Shown: positions 13,296 through 26,562 of the stretch, in pieces | Layout of the letters: every line of letters begins with the position of its first letter | Numbering within the stretch: the stretch's first letter is position 1 | Assembly (NCBI GenBank): GCA_951406725.2 | Contig: OX597820.1 | Location: 21,328,001 to 21,392,000, forward strand | Direction: 5' to 3' | DNA: 64,000 nucleotides | DNA from: Octopus vulgaris | Lineage: Eukaryota | The notes under the pieces: model-generated | Seen by the model: only the letters and a program-made list of their open reading frames with translations | Told to the model about the DNA's origin: nothing | The model's database searches: none | Made by a program: the position numbers and the translations under genes

Positions 13296-14297
13296 AACCA
13301 TGCTAGCATGGAAAATGAACGTTAAACGATGATGATGATGATGATATATATATGTAGGAGAAAACTTAATCCAAGTGAGTATTTCTAGTATCATGGAGTA
13401 ACCCTTTTAATACCAACTCATTTGAAAACACCTCTGATTCTGCACTACAAACTTTATATAAATTAAATTCTCCCATCAAAACTTCAGGTAATTTTATGCT
13501 CCTTGCACCAACTTAAAATGGCTTCAAATTTTGGCACAAGGTTAGCAGCCTTGGAGGAAGGCATAAATCAATTACATCGAATCCAGTGTTCAAATGGTAC
13601 TTCTTTTATCAGCCCTGGAAGGATGAAAGGCAAAGTTGACCTCTGTGTAATTTGAACTTAGAACAACACCAACTTAATAATGACAATGTCATTTTAGTAG
13701 TTCTTCAATGTTGGTGCTTTTACGTGTCACCGACACGGACGCCAGTCAGGCGGCGCTGGCATCTGCCATGTTCGGACGGTGCTTTTTACATGTCACCAGC
13801 ATGGGTATTTTAACTACAATTTCGATTTGATTTTTATTTTGATGTTGGTGATATTTTTTATTAAATATGCAATCTAAAATAATTGTAGATTCTACCTACT
13901 AAAATGTTTTATGTTTAAAATTCACATCTAGATATTTTGAATTGTTTTTAAGTTCGCTTATACCATGATATATTATTATATAATATATTTTATAGTAATA
14001 TATTATTCACTTCAATCTCAACCAAACTACAAGTGGGTGCTGCAAAGTTATTGGCTTTGGGTAAAAGAAAATGCAAGAGGGTCAGTTGATCATGATTTTA
14101 TTTAACATATTCCCCTCTCAGATTCACATACTTATTCCAAAGGTCCTTCAGTTTTTCTAAGCCTTGTAAAAGAACTTAGAAGGTTGGGCCTCCAACTAGG
14201 CCTTTTGTGATACCCTTAAAACCAGGAACTTTTCACTTTTCAGCACCCTTTTGTATAATAAAAATGCAACTACAAAAATATAAGGTTATGTATTTAC

Positions 14298-14495
14298 CAA
14301 CAACTTTCAAAGTACAGCAACAGGATGTTCTACCAGCCTCGTTTGATGCTTCACAGGAATAGATACCAGCATCCTCAGGAAATACTTCAGCAATTATTAA
14401 TTTATAGGTGTCATCGCTATTTTCATATGCAAATTCTTCAGAATTTTCAACCTTATTTTCACCATGTAACCAAGTGATGCTTGGTTTTGGCATTC
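14298..14495 (-). CDS. unc-22: Twitchin exon: second half of post-kinase Ig4 (GMPKPSITWLH...EDAGIYSCEASNEAG...LKVV)
   Basis: tttcatttag acceptor, G|gtaaat donor, 198 nt, phase 1 to 1. Canonical I-set motifs. Confidence 0.95.
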
Positions 14496-14619
14496 CTAAA
14501 TGAAAGTTTAAAGTTCATTAGTCTTGCATTACAACCATTAAAAAAATATATTTCACACTTAAAAAATAACTAAAGTGCAAAAACAAAAACAATATGCAAT
14601 TACATGAAACATTATACAA

Positions 14620-14963
14620 ATATTTCGTTTTTGGATTTGGTTTGCAAGATTCTTTATATGAGTTCACGTGTTGAAGCATATTCTGTTGTGTCTGGGGAGA
14701 GTCATTTTCTTTTTTTTACCTTATAATTTAACACACTGACCAGTAAAATTTCCACTTATTTCTTATTTTTATTTTCCTAAAATTTTCGTTGTGTCTTGCA
14801 ACCTTTTCAATAGTTTTGACTATATATGTATGTGTGTCAAGACTATTGAAAAAGTTGCAAGATGCAACGAAAATTTTAGGAAAATAAAAATAAGAAATAA
14901 GTGGAAATTTTACTGGTCACAAAAGGCACAAAAAGAAAATGATTCTCCCCAGACACAACAGAA
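14620..14963. mobile_element. Foldback element with a hammerhead-like motif in each arm, probably derived from a Penelope pseudo-LTR
   Basis: Arms ~14680-14820 and ~14836-14963 are reverse complements. A single-arm relative lies at ~34137-34306. Confidence 0.75.
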
Positions 14964-15405
14964 TTATACAAATAAGATCCTTCTAAAAATCAATTTAAAT
15001 AACAAAGGTCAAAAAATGAATTCATATAAAGCTAAGAGTACAAATTAAACTATAATTAGTAATTATAGGATATTTTTATACTCAAATATTTTATTAGATA
15101 TAATCGTAAAAATTGTTTTTATCTTTTATCTTTTACTTATCTCAGTCATTAGACTAAGGCCATGCTGTGGCAATTGCCTTGAAGAATTCTAGTCAAATGA
15201 ATCTACCCCAGGGCTTATCTTTTTAAAGCCTTGTACTTATTCTACTAGTTTTCTGGGGTTTTATTTTTACCAAGCCACTAAGTTATAGAGATGCTGTCAT
15301 CAACACTGGTTGTCAAGAAGCAGGTGCACAAACATAGACACAAAGGTACATATACACACACATATACATACATACACACACACACACACACATACATATA
15401 CATAC

Positions 15406-15436
<31 letters not shown>

Positions 15437-15755
15437 CATACATATATATATATATATATATAGCTTCCTTCAGTATTCATCTCTTAAATTCACTCACAAG
15501 GCTTTGGTTGGCCCAAGGTTATAGCAGAAGACACTTGCCTAAGATGCCATGCAGTGGGATTGAACCCAGAACCATGTCATTGAGAAGCAAACTTCTTACC
15601 ACACAGCCACAGATATCTTCTCCAATACATTTGGTTGATATTTATAATTTGGTTTAATTTCATTCGGTAGAAGAAAATATTCCAGGCTACTTTAATTTTA
15701 TGATTTTAGACAATTTTTCAACAATATAATCTGATATACCAAGAAAATACCTTAC

Positions 15756-15869
15756 CTGATATTTCACAACTCAAAGAAACAGCATCTCCATCTTTCACCA
15801 CAAGACCAGTTAGGGGTTTTGTAACACATGGTGGATTTCCTGTTTCAGTTATGACTGGTTTTTCAAGCA
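15756..15869 (-). CDS. unc-22: Twitchin exon: first half of post-kinase Ig4 (VLEKPVITETGNPPCVTKPL...VSLSCEIS)
   Basis: Poly-T tract with taag acceptor, G|gtaagg donor, 114 nt, phase 1 to 1. Confidence 0.93.
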
Positions 15870-16612
15870 CTTAAAAAAAGAAAAAAACCGAAATTTGTTT
15901 TATATTATTGTTTGCATCAACGTTTTGTTCATATATTCTTCATATACAGGGTCAGATTAAGACCCACCAAGGCCCTAAGTACTTAAAAGATTTTGGTGCC
16001 CCCATAAAAGATTATGTAATTCAAAATATAAATAATAACAAACCATAAAATAATTTTTTTATTTTTCAAAACAAAACAAAGTAGTAAGAGGGAAAATAAT
16101 GTTTATTTTTGTCTACTTCCACTTTACTCTTTTACTCTTTTACTTGTTTCAGTCATTTGACTGTGGCCATGCTGGAGCACCACTTTTAGTTGAGCAAATC
16201 GAGCCCACGACTTATTCTTTGTAAGCCTGTTACTTATTCTATCGGTTGCTTTTGCTGAACCACTAAGTTACTGGCACGTAAACACACCAGCATTGGTTGC
16301 CAAGTGATGTTGGGGGTGGGGGACAAACACAGACACACAAATATATACACACGCATACATACATATATACATATATATGACGGGCTTCTTTCAGTTTCCG
16401 CCTGCCAAATCCACTCACAAGGCTTTGGTCAGCCCGAGGCTATAGTAGAAGACACTTGCCCAAGATGCCAGGTGGTACTTAATTTATCAACCCCGAAAGG
16501 ATGAAAGACAAAGTCAACCTCAACAGAATTTGAACACACAACATAAAGACAGACGAAATACTGCTAAGCATTTCGCCCAGCGTACTAATATTTCTACCAG
16601 CATGCCTCCTTA

Positions 16613-16669
<57 letters not shown>

Positions 16670-16998
16670 AATATATAAAAACACTACACTCATTTTTATA
16701 TTAGGAGATTGTCAGATCATGCAAAAGGAGAACCTGATCTGAACCAAATTGTGAAAAAGGAGAATCAATGATCAGGGAAAATTACAAAAGACAGTGCTCT
16801 TCACCCAATGAATTTAACCAGGCAAGAGTGAACAGGAACATGATGTACCTCTATGTATTTTTTTTCCAGCAAATAGAGTATACATCTTACTACAAGGCCC
16901 CCTTCACTTCTACAAAAGTGGACTTGGAGGAGGTCTGGCTGATGCAGAGTAGTATGTGTACTCCGTCATCAGGGAAAGGGTGTATTGAGGGTATATAA

Positions 16999-17232
16999 AG
17001 GCAGTGAGCTGGCAGAAACGTTAGCACATCAGGCGAAATGCTTAGCAGTATTTCATCTATCTTTACGTTCTGAGTTCAAATTCCGCCGAGGTTGACTTTG
17101 CCTTTCAACCTTTCGGGGTCGATTAAATAAGTACCAGTTACGTACTGGGGTCGATATAATCGACTTAATCCATTTGTCTGTCCTCGTTTGTCCTCTCTGT
17201 GTTTAGCCCCTTGTGGGCAGTAAAGAAATAAG
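16999..17232 (+). mobile_element. tRNA-derived SINE, family B
   Basis: GGCAGTGAGCTGGCAGAA...GAGTTCAAATTCCGCC head. Copies at ~9300-9460, 13520-13665, 16472-16612, 28920-29137, 37105-37267, 43465-43660 and 48983-49195 (all -). Confidence 0.8.
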
Positions 17233-17380
17233 TATATTGAGGAGGCTCCTTGGTTTTTAAAACTGAGAATGAAGTGAAGAGATGATAGTGCTGGTGCATC
17301 AAATGCTTACCCAGCAGCTAGTGTCAAAGTGCGTAGGTTTCAAGACTGAGAATCACCACCTCTGTGTGTGTGTATGTGTG

Positions 17381-17425
<45 letters not shown>

Positions 17426-17459
17426 GTACACATGAAGAATGTTGTTTAAAATTGCTCAC

Positions 17460-17613
17460 CTTTAACATGGACAGTTGCTGATGTACTTGATTCTCCTGCA
17501 GAATTAGTAGCTTTGCAAACATATATTCCTTTATCACTTGGAAGGAGTTCTGGAAGTTGTAGTGTGCACACCCCATTGGAGTACGTTTGGGAAGCAACAT
17601 TACTCTTAATAAT
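17460..17613 (-). CDS. unc-22: Twitchin exon: second half of post-kinase Ig3 (IIKSNVASQTYSNGVCTL...DKGIYVCKATNSAG...VHVK)
   Basis: ttacttttatag acceptor, G|gtgagc donor, 154 nt, phase 0 to 1. Confidence 0.94.
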
Positions 17614-17692
17614 CTATAAAAGTAAACATAACAATATTTTCATAAATATGAAATGAAACAAAATATGACACTTATTATTATTATTAGTAGTA

Positions 17693-18120
17693 GGAGTGGC
17701 GCATGAGTGGCTGTGTGGTAAGTAGCTTGCTAACCAACCACATGGTTCCGGGTTCAGTCCCACTGTGTGACATCTTGGGCAAGTGTCTTCTGCTATAGCC
17801 CCGGGCCGACCAATGCCTTGTGAGTGGATTTGGTAGACGGAAACTGAAAGAAGCCTGTCATATATATGTATATATATATATGTATGTGTGTGTGTGTGTT
17901 TGTGTGTCTATGTTTGTCCCCCTAGCATTGCTTGACAGCTGATGCTGGTGTGTTTACGTCCCCGTCCCTTAGCGGTTCGGCAAAAGAGACCGATAGAATA
18001 AGTACTGGGCTTACAAAGAATAAGTCCCGGGGTCGATTTGTTCGACTAAAGTCAGTGCTCCAGCATGGCCACAGTCAAATGACTGAAACAAGTAAAAGAG
18101 TAAAAGAGAGAGTAAAGAGA
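17693..18120 (+). mobile_element. tRNA-derived SINE, family A, full length
   Basis: A box TGGCTGTGTGG, B box GGTTCAGTCCC, internal microsatellite and GTAAAAGA tail repeats. Confidence 0.9.
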
Positions 18121-18408
18121 GTAATATTAATGTCTGCCTTCCATGCTGGCAAGGGTTGAATGGTTGGGCTCAGGGCTGGCAAGCCAGAAGGCTGCACCAG
18201 GCTCCTGTCTGATCTGGCAAGGTTTCTACGGCTGGATGCCCTTCCTAACGCCAACCACTCTGAGAGTGTAGTGGGTACTTTTTTTATGTACCACCGGCAT
18301 GAGGGCCAGTCAGGCAGTACTGGCATTGACCACACTTAGATAGTGAATATTATCACACTAATATTCTAAATTATAACTCAAGCACAATATGGATAAATTA
18401 TATTTTAC

Positions 18409-18539
18409 CCTATCGTTTATTGACCACACAATAACAGGTTCTTCACTTGATTCAACAGTGCACTTTAAGGTAAGTTTGTCACCTTCATTCAGAGCCTGCG
18501 ACTGAAGTGGCTTGGTGAATTTTGGTAGATCAATTTCGT
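18409..18539 (-). CDS. unc-22: Twitchin exon: first half of post-kinase Ig3 (EIDLPKFTKPLQSQALNEGDKLTLKC...VWSINDR)
   Basis: tttccatttcag acceptor, AGG|gtaaaa donor, 131 nt, phase 1 to 0. Confidence 0.93.
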
Positions 18540-19077
18540 CTGAAATGGAAACAAGACTCATTATACTTATATCATTTTTGTAATCAATTTTTAAGCAAAT
18601 TTTTAAGCATTTTTCATACACACAAAAAAATATTAGCAGTGTGATTTTAAATATTTTTAGATTAATTTCCTTAAATGTTATAATTCACATTAGATATGAA
18701 TATATTTATTTTTAATTAAATTTAAGAATACTCATGAAGAGAAATTAAAATTTTGTAAATAATATCTGAATCACTGTAAAGCTTCATATTTCATTAAAAA
18801 GTATACAACTATCACCAATAAAAAAATTCCTAAATTAAATGTGTGTATTATATTATACTTATAATAAATTAATAGATACATGGGAGTTTATTTTGTTTTT
18901 AATTTCTTTTTCTATTTAACACCACAATAAAAAAAGGGTAGGTTATTGGAACACAAAAGATGATAAAAAAAGATGCAGTATGAAGCAAAATGTATATTCA
19001 ATTATTAATATGGTATGCATCATATATATATGCAATAATAAATAATATAAAAAAATATATTATTATATATATGTATA

Positions 19078-19127
<50 letters not shown>

Positions 19128-21430
19128 TATATGTATGTATGTATAAACATATAAATATATATGTATATGTATATGTATATATGCATATATGTATCTGTAT
19201 ATATACAGATATATATATATATATGCATATAAATATATATATATCTATATATATATGTGCATACATATATACTTATTTACATATGTGTGTGTGTATGTAT
19301 ATTTATATATGTATACACACACACACATATGTACATACATTCATACACATATTTATATGTACACACATATATATGTGTGTATGTAAGTATGAAATAACAA
19401 AACAGAAGTCCATTTTCTCATTTTAAAGTAGCTTTGTAAATAAATTTCATATCTTTTTGCTACATTTTGGAGTTAAAACACCACATTTGTTTCTTGTTAG
19501 TAAATATCCTTGATATATAAAACAATTCACTTCTAGTCAAGATATATATATTTCAAAAAATAATTTTGAATTTCAGGAATGTTCTAAAATATATACAAAA
19601 AAAAAAAAGCACGCCAATTCCCAAATTTAATGTTAATTAAAGCAAGTTACCAAGTTAGATTTCAATTTAGAATTCAAACGCAAACAATCATAAGGAAAAA
19701 ATAGAACAAATCTGAATATTAAAATTAGTCTTGGAAAACACAAAATCTAAAATTTCAAAAATATTCTAAAAAATATCAGAAATATATTCCATAAGATATG
19801 AATATATGAATATTCAAATAAAGTAAAAAAAGATTCATAAATTGGCTCTAGATAGTTTTTTTTGTTATGATAACTATATTGTTATTTAAAATTCAATTAT
19901 GGATGTAAGTTATTGTTATCACTTATTATACTTTCAATTGGTGAATACTTGTTTGTTGATGAAATGAAAACAAATTTATAAAAAAATTTAAAATACAGAA
20001 GGTTTATCAAGATGATTGAATTTATGAAAAAAGTGAATAGAAACTGAAAATAAAATGTAATAAATTAGCTCAAAATGGTAGAGCAGTATTATATATGAGG
20101 ATAGAAAAATATTGAGATGTAATGAATCTAAGAATTTTATCAATCTGACATTTGTTGCCTCTAGCCTATGCATACTAACATTGTAATTTATATTAAAAAT
20201 ACCTAATTTTGAGTTTTCTTTTATATAGCAAAGCAAATTCCTAGACTATTACAGTTAAACTTATCCTCACGTGTTTATGCATTGTATCCTTACATGCAGT
20301 AATGTTTTGTGTGAATATGAAAATGGAAAAGAGTAAAGAATATACAATGCTTCCAAAATGGGGAAATAAATAAAATAATTACAAAATGAAGAATATTAAA
20401 ACATTCTTGTCAATGAAAAGCACCCCAAGGTCAATCATAATTTTAAAAAATTTATGGGAAAAGGGGAAGTTCTTTGGGTTGGTAAAACTTTGCACACAGT
20501 GTTATATAATATATAGGAAAGGTAGAATGGGGGGAAACACAAGGTAAAAATTAAGAATATATAAATAATATATGCTTCAAGGGATAAATATTGCACAACA
20601 AAAAAAATCTTCTATCATTTGAAAAATCTTTCATTCCAAGTAGAGCAGAACTGACACTTCTGTGGCTCATGCTGCCATACATGCATATTGCATATTCACC
20701 TACCAGGTGCTATTGTCCTCAGGTGGAAGTTGAAATAGGTTGCTCTCATCATAGCTTTGTGTGGTATTGAAGTAGCCAAGTATATGGCACTACTTTAAAC
20801 AATCAAACCCATTATACAGTTCGCTCCAATTTCAGCCAAATGTAGCTAAGCAAACTTTGAAAGGTTCTTTTTTTTTTGTTTTCAAATTAACTTGGGGAAA
20901 AAGCCACATTTTATTGATTTGTTTCTGCTTCTTAAATATTCTGGAGACTTAAGATAACTAGCAGAAAATATTCCTTAAAATAAAATTCATTTTGTTTCTT
21001 TTTTCCATAGGAATGTTTTTGATTATTATATGTGAATACATGAAACTTTCAAATTAAGATTAATCAAAGAAACCGCTTATACATAAAAAGAATTCTCATT
21101 ATGTTCAATATGCACTTTTGCATACATTTATATATAAAAAAAAGCAACTTTTAAAATTCAAATTATAATTATCAGATATGTCTACATTAAAAACAAACAA
21201 GAATGTGTGTGTTAAGTTTTGTAGTTTGACACTTACACTTTTTCTCTTAAATACTAAAATTCATTCTTCAGCAAAATGAATTTGTGTTATTTAATTTAGT
21301 TGTGGTTTCTTAAAATGTGGACAATATTAGGTTTTGAGATTTTTGCATTGTTTTATTCAGATATGAAAGCAAAAAATTTTTAATATAACATTTTACATAT
21401 ATATATATATAATATATATGTAATATATAT

Positions 21431-21757
21431 ATGGCTCAGTGGTTAGAGCGTCGAGCTTACGATCGTGAGGTTGTGAGCTCGAATCCCAGACTGGGCTGCG
21501 TGTTGTGTTCTCGAGCAAGGCACTTTATTTCACGTTGCTCCAGTTCACTCAGCTGTAGAAATGAGTTGCGACGTCACAGGTGCCAAGCTGTATCGACCTT
21601 TGTCTTTCCCTTGGATAACACTGGTGGCGTGGAAAGGGGAGGCTGGTATGCATGGGCGACTGCTAGCCTTCCATAAACAACCTTGCCCGGACTTGTGTCT
21701 AGGAGGGTAACTTTCTAGGTGCAATCCCATGGTCATTCATGACCGAAGGGGGTCTTG
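21431..21757 (+). mobile_element. tRNA-derived SINE, family C
   Basis: TGGCTCAGTGGTTAGAGC...TCGAATCCC tRNA-like head. An inverted copy lies at ~58130-58452, with related heads at ~32485-32730 and ~33090-33400. Confidence 0.82.
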
Positions 21758-22019
21758 ATATATATATACTATATATATGTGTGTGTGTATATGCAAGTAA
21801 CTACATGCATATGCATATATATATATGTATATATATATATACACACATTTCCCTTTGATATGATTAAATATTGTAAGTTTTTGGATAATTTTCGGTTTTA
21901 AAAGTTGGCATTTTTTTATTGCCGGCGAAGGACTGTGGCTGCGCAGTAGATTTTGAAAAAGTTAGGACATATAAATACGGGGCAAATAGTGTGATCGCTC
22001 CATGTGTATACGTTTAACC

Positions 22020-22107
22020 CTAGGTGGTCCTGTTGAAGAAGATTTCACCTAGTGAATTCCTTTACTTGCTAAACTAAAATCAGAAACCAGTTGGTCCAGG
22101 AAACTAG
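22020..22107 (+). ncRNA. Type I hammerhead ribozyme-like motif, variant and partly degenerate, in a probable Penelope pseudo-LTR fragment (~21849-22247)
   Basis: TCCTG [TTGAAGA] A GATTT...AAATC A [GAAA] CCAGTTGG TC^ CAGGA: stems I, II and III and a GUC triplet are in the correct order. Confidence 0.62.
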
Positions 22108-24331
22108 ATGGTAAAATGATTTTATTTTTCATTTCGTTCTTGTCGAATTTTATCCCTAATTTTTGTGGTTATAGAACCTAGCTGTTCTTTCTAGTGTGTT
22201 GAATTCCTATAAGTGGATTTCTCATGTGTTTAAATATACACTATATCGTATATATATATATATATGTATAGGTGCTGTGAACTATTGAGCTTACAATGCT
22301 CAAAACTCCTGCTATCTGTTCTCTGAACTGGTAACTCATCTCGGAGAGCTGTAAGTCTTAGTAACACCTGATGTAGGGTAGATCTGACTTTTGTTACAGA
22401 CAACCTCTAGTGCTTGTTATATGATAAAATGTAGCCAGTTGCTGCTGTAAAATGATTGTTGATAAGAAAGGTATCCAACCATAAAAAATATTCATCCCAC
22501 CACTAAGGGGAAAAAAATGATGTACATAACAGCAAAGTTTTGCCAGTTTTCTCTGTTACATGGTGTGCCAGAAGATGAAACACATGGACTTATGTTGTGA
22601 AACCCATTCAGTGTATGTCAGCATGAAGTAGTGGACATCAAAATTGTGATGATGTAAAAAGATGGTGATATATTCATTTGAAACTGATCACTCTATTGTT
22701 ACTCTGAGTTTCTCCTGTTTATGAAATTGTTCAGGAGACAAATGACTTAAGCAACATGTATTTTTTTGCATCAAAATGCATATACTACAATTATATATAT
22801 ATACACACAGAGTATTGTGTCAAGGTATTATGTGGTCAGTGGTTTGCTGCCAATAGATAAATGAAGGGACTTTGATATATTGCTTTTCCTCGGGGCTCAT
22901 AAAGCTGTTAAGACATCCTGCTATATATATATTTAGTTGTTCTGCCACATGAAGTTTCTTTACTTATACTAGTCAAATTTATGATAAATTTAAATAAAGA
23001 AATTTCTTAAAGAATAATCAACTCACTTTTCATACAATATAGCATATGTTTGACATGAAAGGAAAACCTTTGTTTTTCTTGTAGTTTCAGCACAGAGCTG
23101 CGGCCATGCTGATGCACCACCGTTAATAATTAAAGAGATGCATTTTATGGAAATCTTTCAATTTGTTAATGAATTACGCTAATTATTTTCTGTTTCTGGG
23201 ATCAGGGTATACCTGAACAATATTAGAATATATACTTAAACTTGGACAGTAGCAAAATTTTCTACACAACTAATATAGAGAAAAAAATTTCAGTTAAAGC
23301 ACATCAAAATCTCTACATCAAATAATAATTCCAAGCACTAGACTAATTTCACATATTCTTGATTAATATCATATTTATTTCAATTGAAAAAATATTTTTG
23401 GACTGAAAACTAATTGTATATATATGTATATATATATTTAGCTGGTGTTGCATAACTACGAGTATCATGATAAACATGATATATTCTGTTCAATTCAAGA
23501 GTAAATTATTTAAAATTGGAAATGTTTAAAACTATTTCAAATTGAGTTAAAATCTAAGAGGAAGAATTACAAATATTTTGATTTATAAATGGTATGAAAT
23601 GAATATGTCTAATGAAATAACATATACAAAATACTGTCTTCTGGAGAAAAAAAAAAATACATTGTAGGAAGCATAAAAAACATCAAAAACTTAAACTAAA
23701 AAATTTTCCAGAAGAAATACTATATTCTGATTCCTTATAAACAATTATAGTTTCTTGCAAAAAAATATGAGCTGATAAATATGTCTTTTCACTTCTGATT
23801 ATCTTAAAAGTCAATAATTTCAGTGACTAAGATCATCTAGTGTGAAAAAGATCTTTACATATTAAATTCTACGTATCAAACACTTTTAAAAATCTACCAA
23901 GTATGAGATCAATTGAATAGCTAATTCAAGCAAGCAAATAATTTTTCTAGATGATTCCATTCATGCAATGTACAGTTATTAGTTTTTTTAAGTTCTATTC
24001 TACATGAAAAAGATGCAAATACTATACAGCTTGCAACAAATTACGATAAATAGAATAAGTGACAGTTGAAATATAATTGTTTTTCCTTTCTTCATTTCTT
24101 ATTCACCCCCACCCATCAGCTGTGTTTCATAAAGGCAATTAACAAAAAGAGAATTGATGGATATTTATCATTTACCACACACATAAACACATATACTAAA
24201 TATCAAACATTGTTTATGAACTGAATTAGCCTTATAAAATTCAATTGATAGTGTATGAAATTAGAAGTATATATCTTGGACTAAAATTTGGAAATATAGC
24301 ACTAACAACATTAAAATATAACAGTCTTATG

Positions 24332-24379
<48 letters not shown>

Positions 24380-26562
24380 GTAATAATAATAATAATTATA
24401 CATCAGAAGGAAAACTTCAAAAAGTTATTGAATAATCTGTTAAATAAAACTTATCTATTGGAGCATTTTCTTTTAACACAACACATTATGCCACCAAACT
24501 ATTAATATGTATATAAGTAGTATACAACTCTAACTCAATGTCATATGATTTCCTGCTCACTTTCTTACTTTACTAAAATAAAGATTTCCTTCTATGTACC
24601 TTTTGTATATGTACTTTATGAAGTACTAAAAGTAGCACTATAGCAAAATTCATTTTAATTTAATTACAATGATTTAAAGAATTGTATGCAAAAGTATTCT
24701 TCAATTTTTGCAGATAAATATCTGTAAAATTAAGTAGAAAAACTCAAACTATTTTTTAAACTTCAGATTAAGAAGGATTTGTTAAAACAAAATAGTTATA
24801 GATTATTGAAATTAGTTTTTTTATACATAATTTTATTCAACTATTTGAAATATTAAAAAAATAAGATATAAAATCATCTATTCTGTGACAGTATTATTCT
24901 CTTTCATAGTAGCATAATAACTTGGATTAACTTTCTTAATGAACTTAATATTTTTTATTTTGTCCTTGCATTTTGTTTGAAAGGTTTTATTGTTTTTACT
25001 TAATTTAGAACATGATAATTTTGTATTAAAATAATGATATAATATTAACTTAATTTTCTTATTGAGAAATATTCAATTTATTTAATTAATTAGATGATGA
25101 TTGGTTATGTTATTTCTCCAAACTTAACTCATTACTGTGATGAAGCACATAAAAATAATTGTGAACCATAAATAATAAACAAAGCAAATGACTGACGGTG
25201 ATTAAGAACAATTCTAAGTGAAAAATTAAGTTCTATGAATAATTTATGAAAAAGTTTATTTACGAAACAAAATACAATTGTTGAAATTTAAGCAAATTTT
25301 AATAGCACAGGTCAATTCAGTATCTTTCAGAATATTAATTAAATTAATACATAAAATTGATCTAACTGATCAACAGAATCTTTTCTTAGTATTCTTATTA
25401 AGTTCTTCAGTTTTTAACTGAGATATTTAAATAATTTTTTTTTAATATTCATTGCAGATAAATTTCAAGGCTGAAGGAAAGTTTACTAGGAAGGAGTATA
25501 GGGAAAAAAAAATGAAGGTTAATGAATTACACTTAAATTTCTTCCTTCAAATAAATCAACCGAAAGAAGAAAACTTTAGTCAGTTCTCTATTCATTTCTC
25601 TATATTTTTTTTCTTAGTTTTTCAGCCGTGCAAACTAGAAGGCAAATTGTTATTAGAATTCACAAACTGCTTTTAGTTTATTTTTCCTTACAAGATAAAG
25701 AAATCAGAATTTTTTTCGTGCTAAAGATGAACATATAAATAAAAAATGCATATAAGAAATTTAATAGATTTACTCCATTAAATCTAATCATTGAAATAAT
25801 TAGATATTAGATTCAATGTGTTGTTATATATGCATGAAGTAAGTTTTAATGTAAACTTAGTGAATTCAGGTAAAAAAAAAATACTTAAAAACAAGATCTT
25901 TCTTGTTTTTCCATTTACCTTCTAGAAAGTGCACAGCCTCAGAATTGCTAAATTAATTTGCAAAATATTTTATTTTCATTTTTTTTTATTTGTTATTTTA
26001 GAATATATAAATAGAATTCTTTTCCTTAACTACTAGTGTTGCCTGTACCATGCCAGACACCATTATTAGTAGCAATATTACCACCTTTATTTTTCGCACT
26101 TTTTATATACTACTTCAGATATCTCAGTAGAAAACCTGAGATATTTTTATTGGGACAATGATAATGCTATTCAACCATTAATCACATTTAACAGTTTTAC
26201 TTCTGATAAATTCAGTATTTATGTGTGTGTGTGTGTTTGTGTGTGTGCATATATGATTTGTATTAGGGTTACCTTCATTTTTAATAAATACTAAAGGTTT
26301 GGCAAATACAAAAGAGATCTTTAAAAGGATTGTCTTTTCTCCTTTTTGTTTTTTTGTTAAAAAAAAGTCAGTATTAATATTAATAAATATTGTCAGAAAA
26401 TATAGACTAGTAGAGTTAGGCCAATTGAACCAACATCAAGTTGGAAAACTTAAATAATTAATTGTATTTTAAAATGACTTTTTATTTTAAGATTTTTTGT
26501 ATTTTGCATCATATATATATATATATAAGAACATTTTTAGATTAAATCTCCATTAAACATAC

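Noticed and set aside
21431-21510. tRNA-like sequence with A and B boxes
   Set aside because: It runs into a SINE body shared with other copies and lacks a clean acceptor stem; this is a SINE head, not a tRNA gene.
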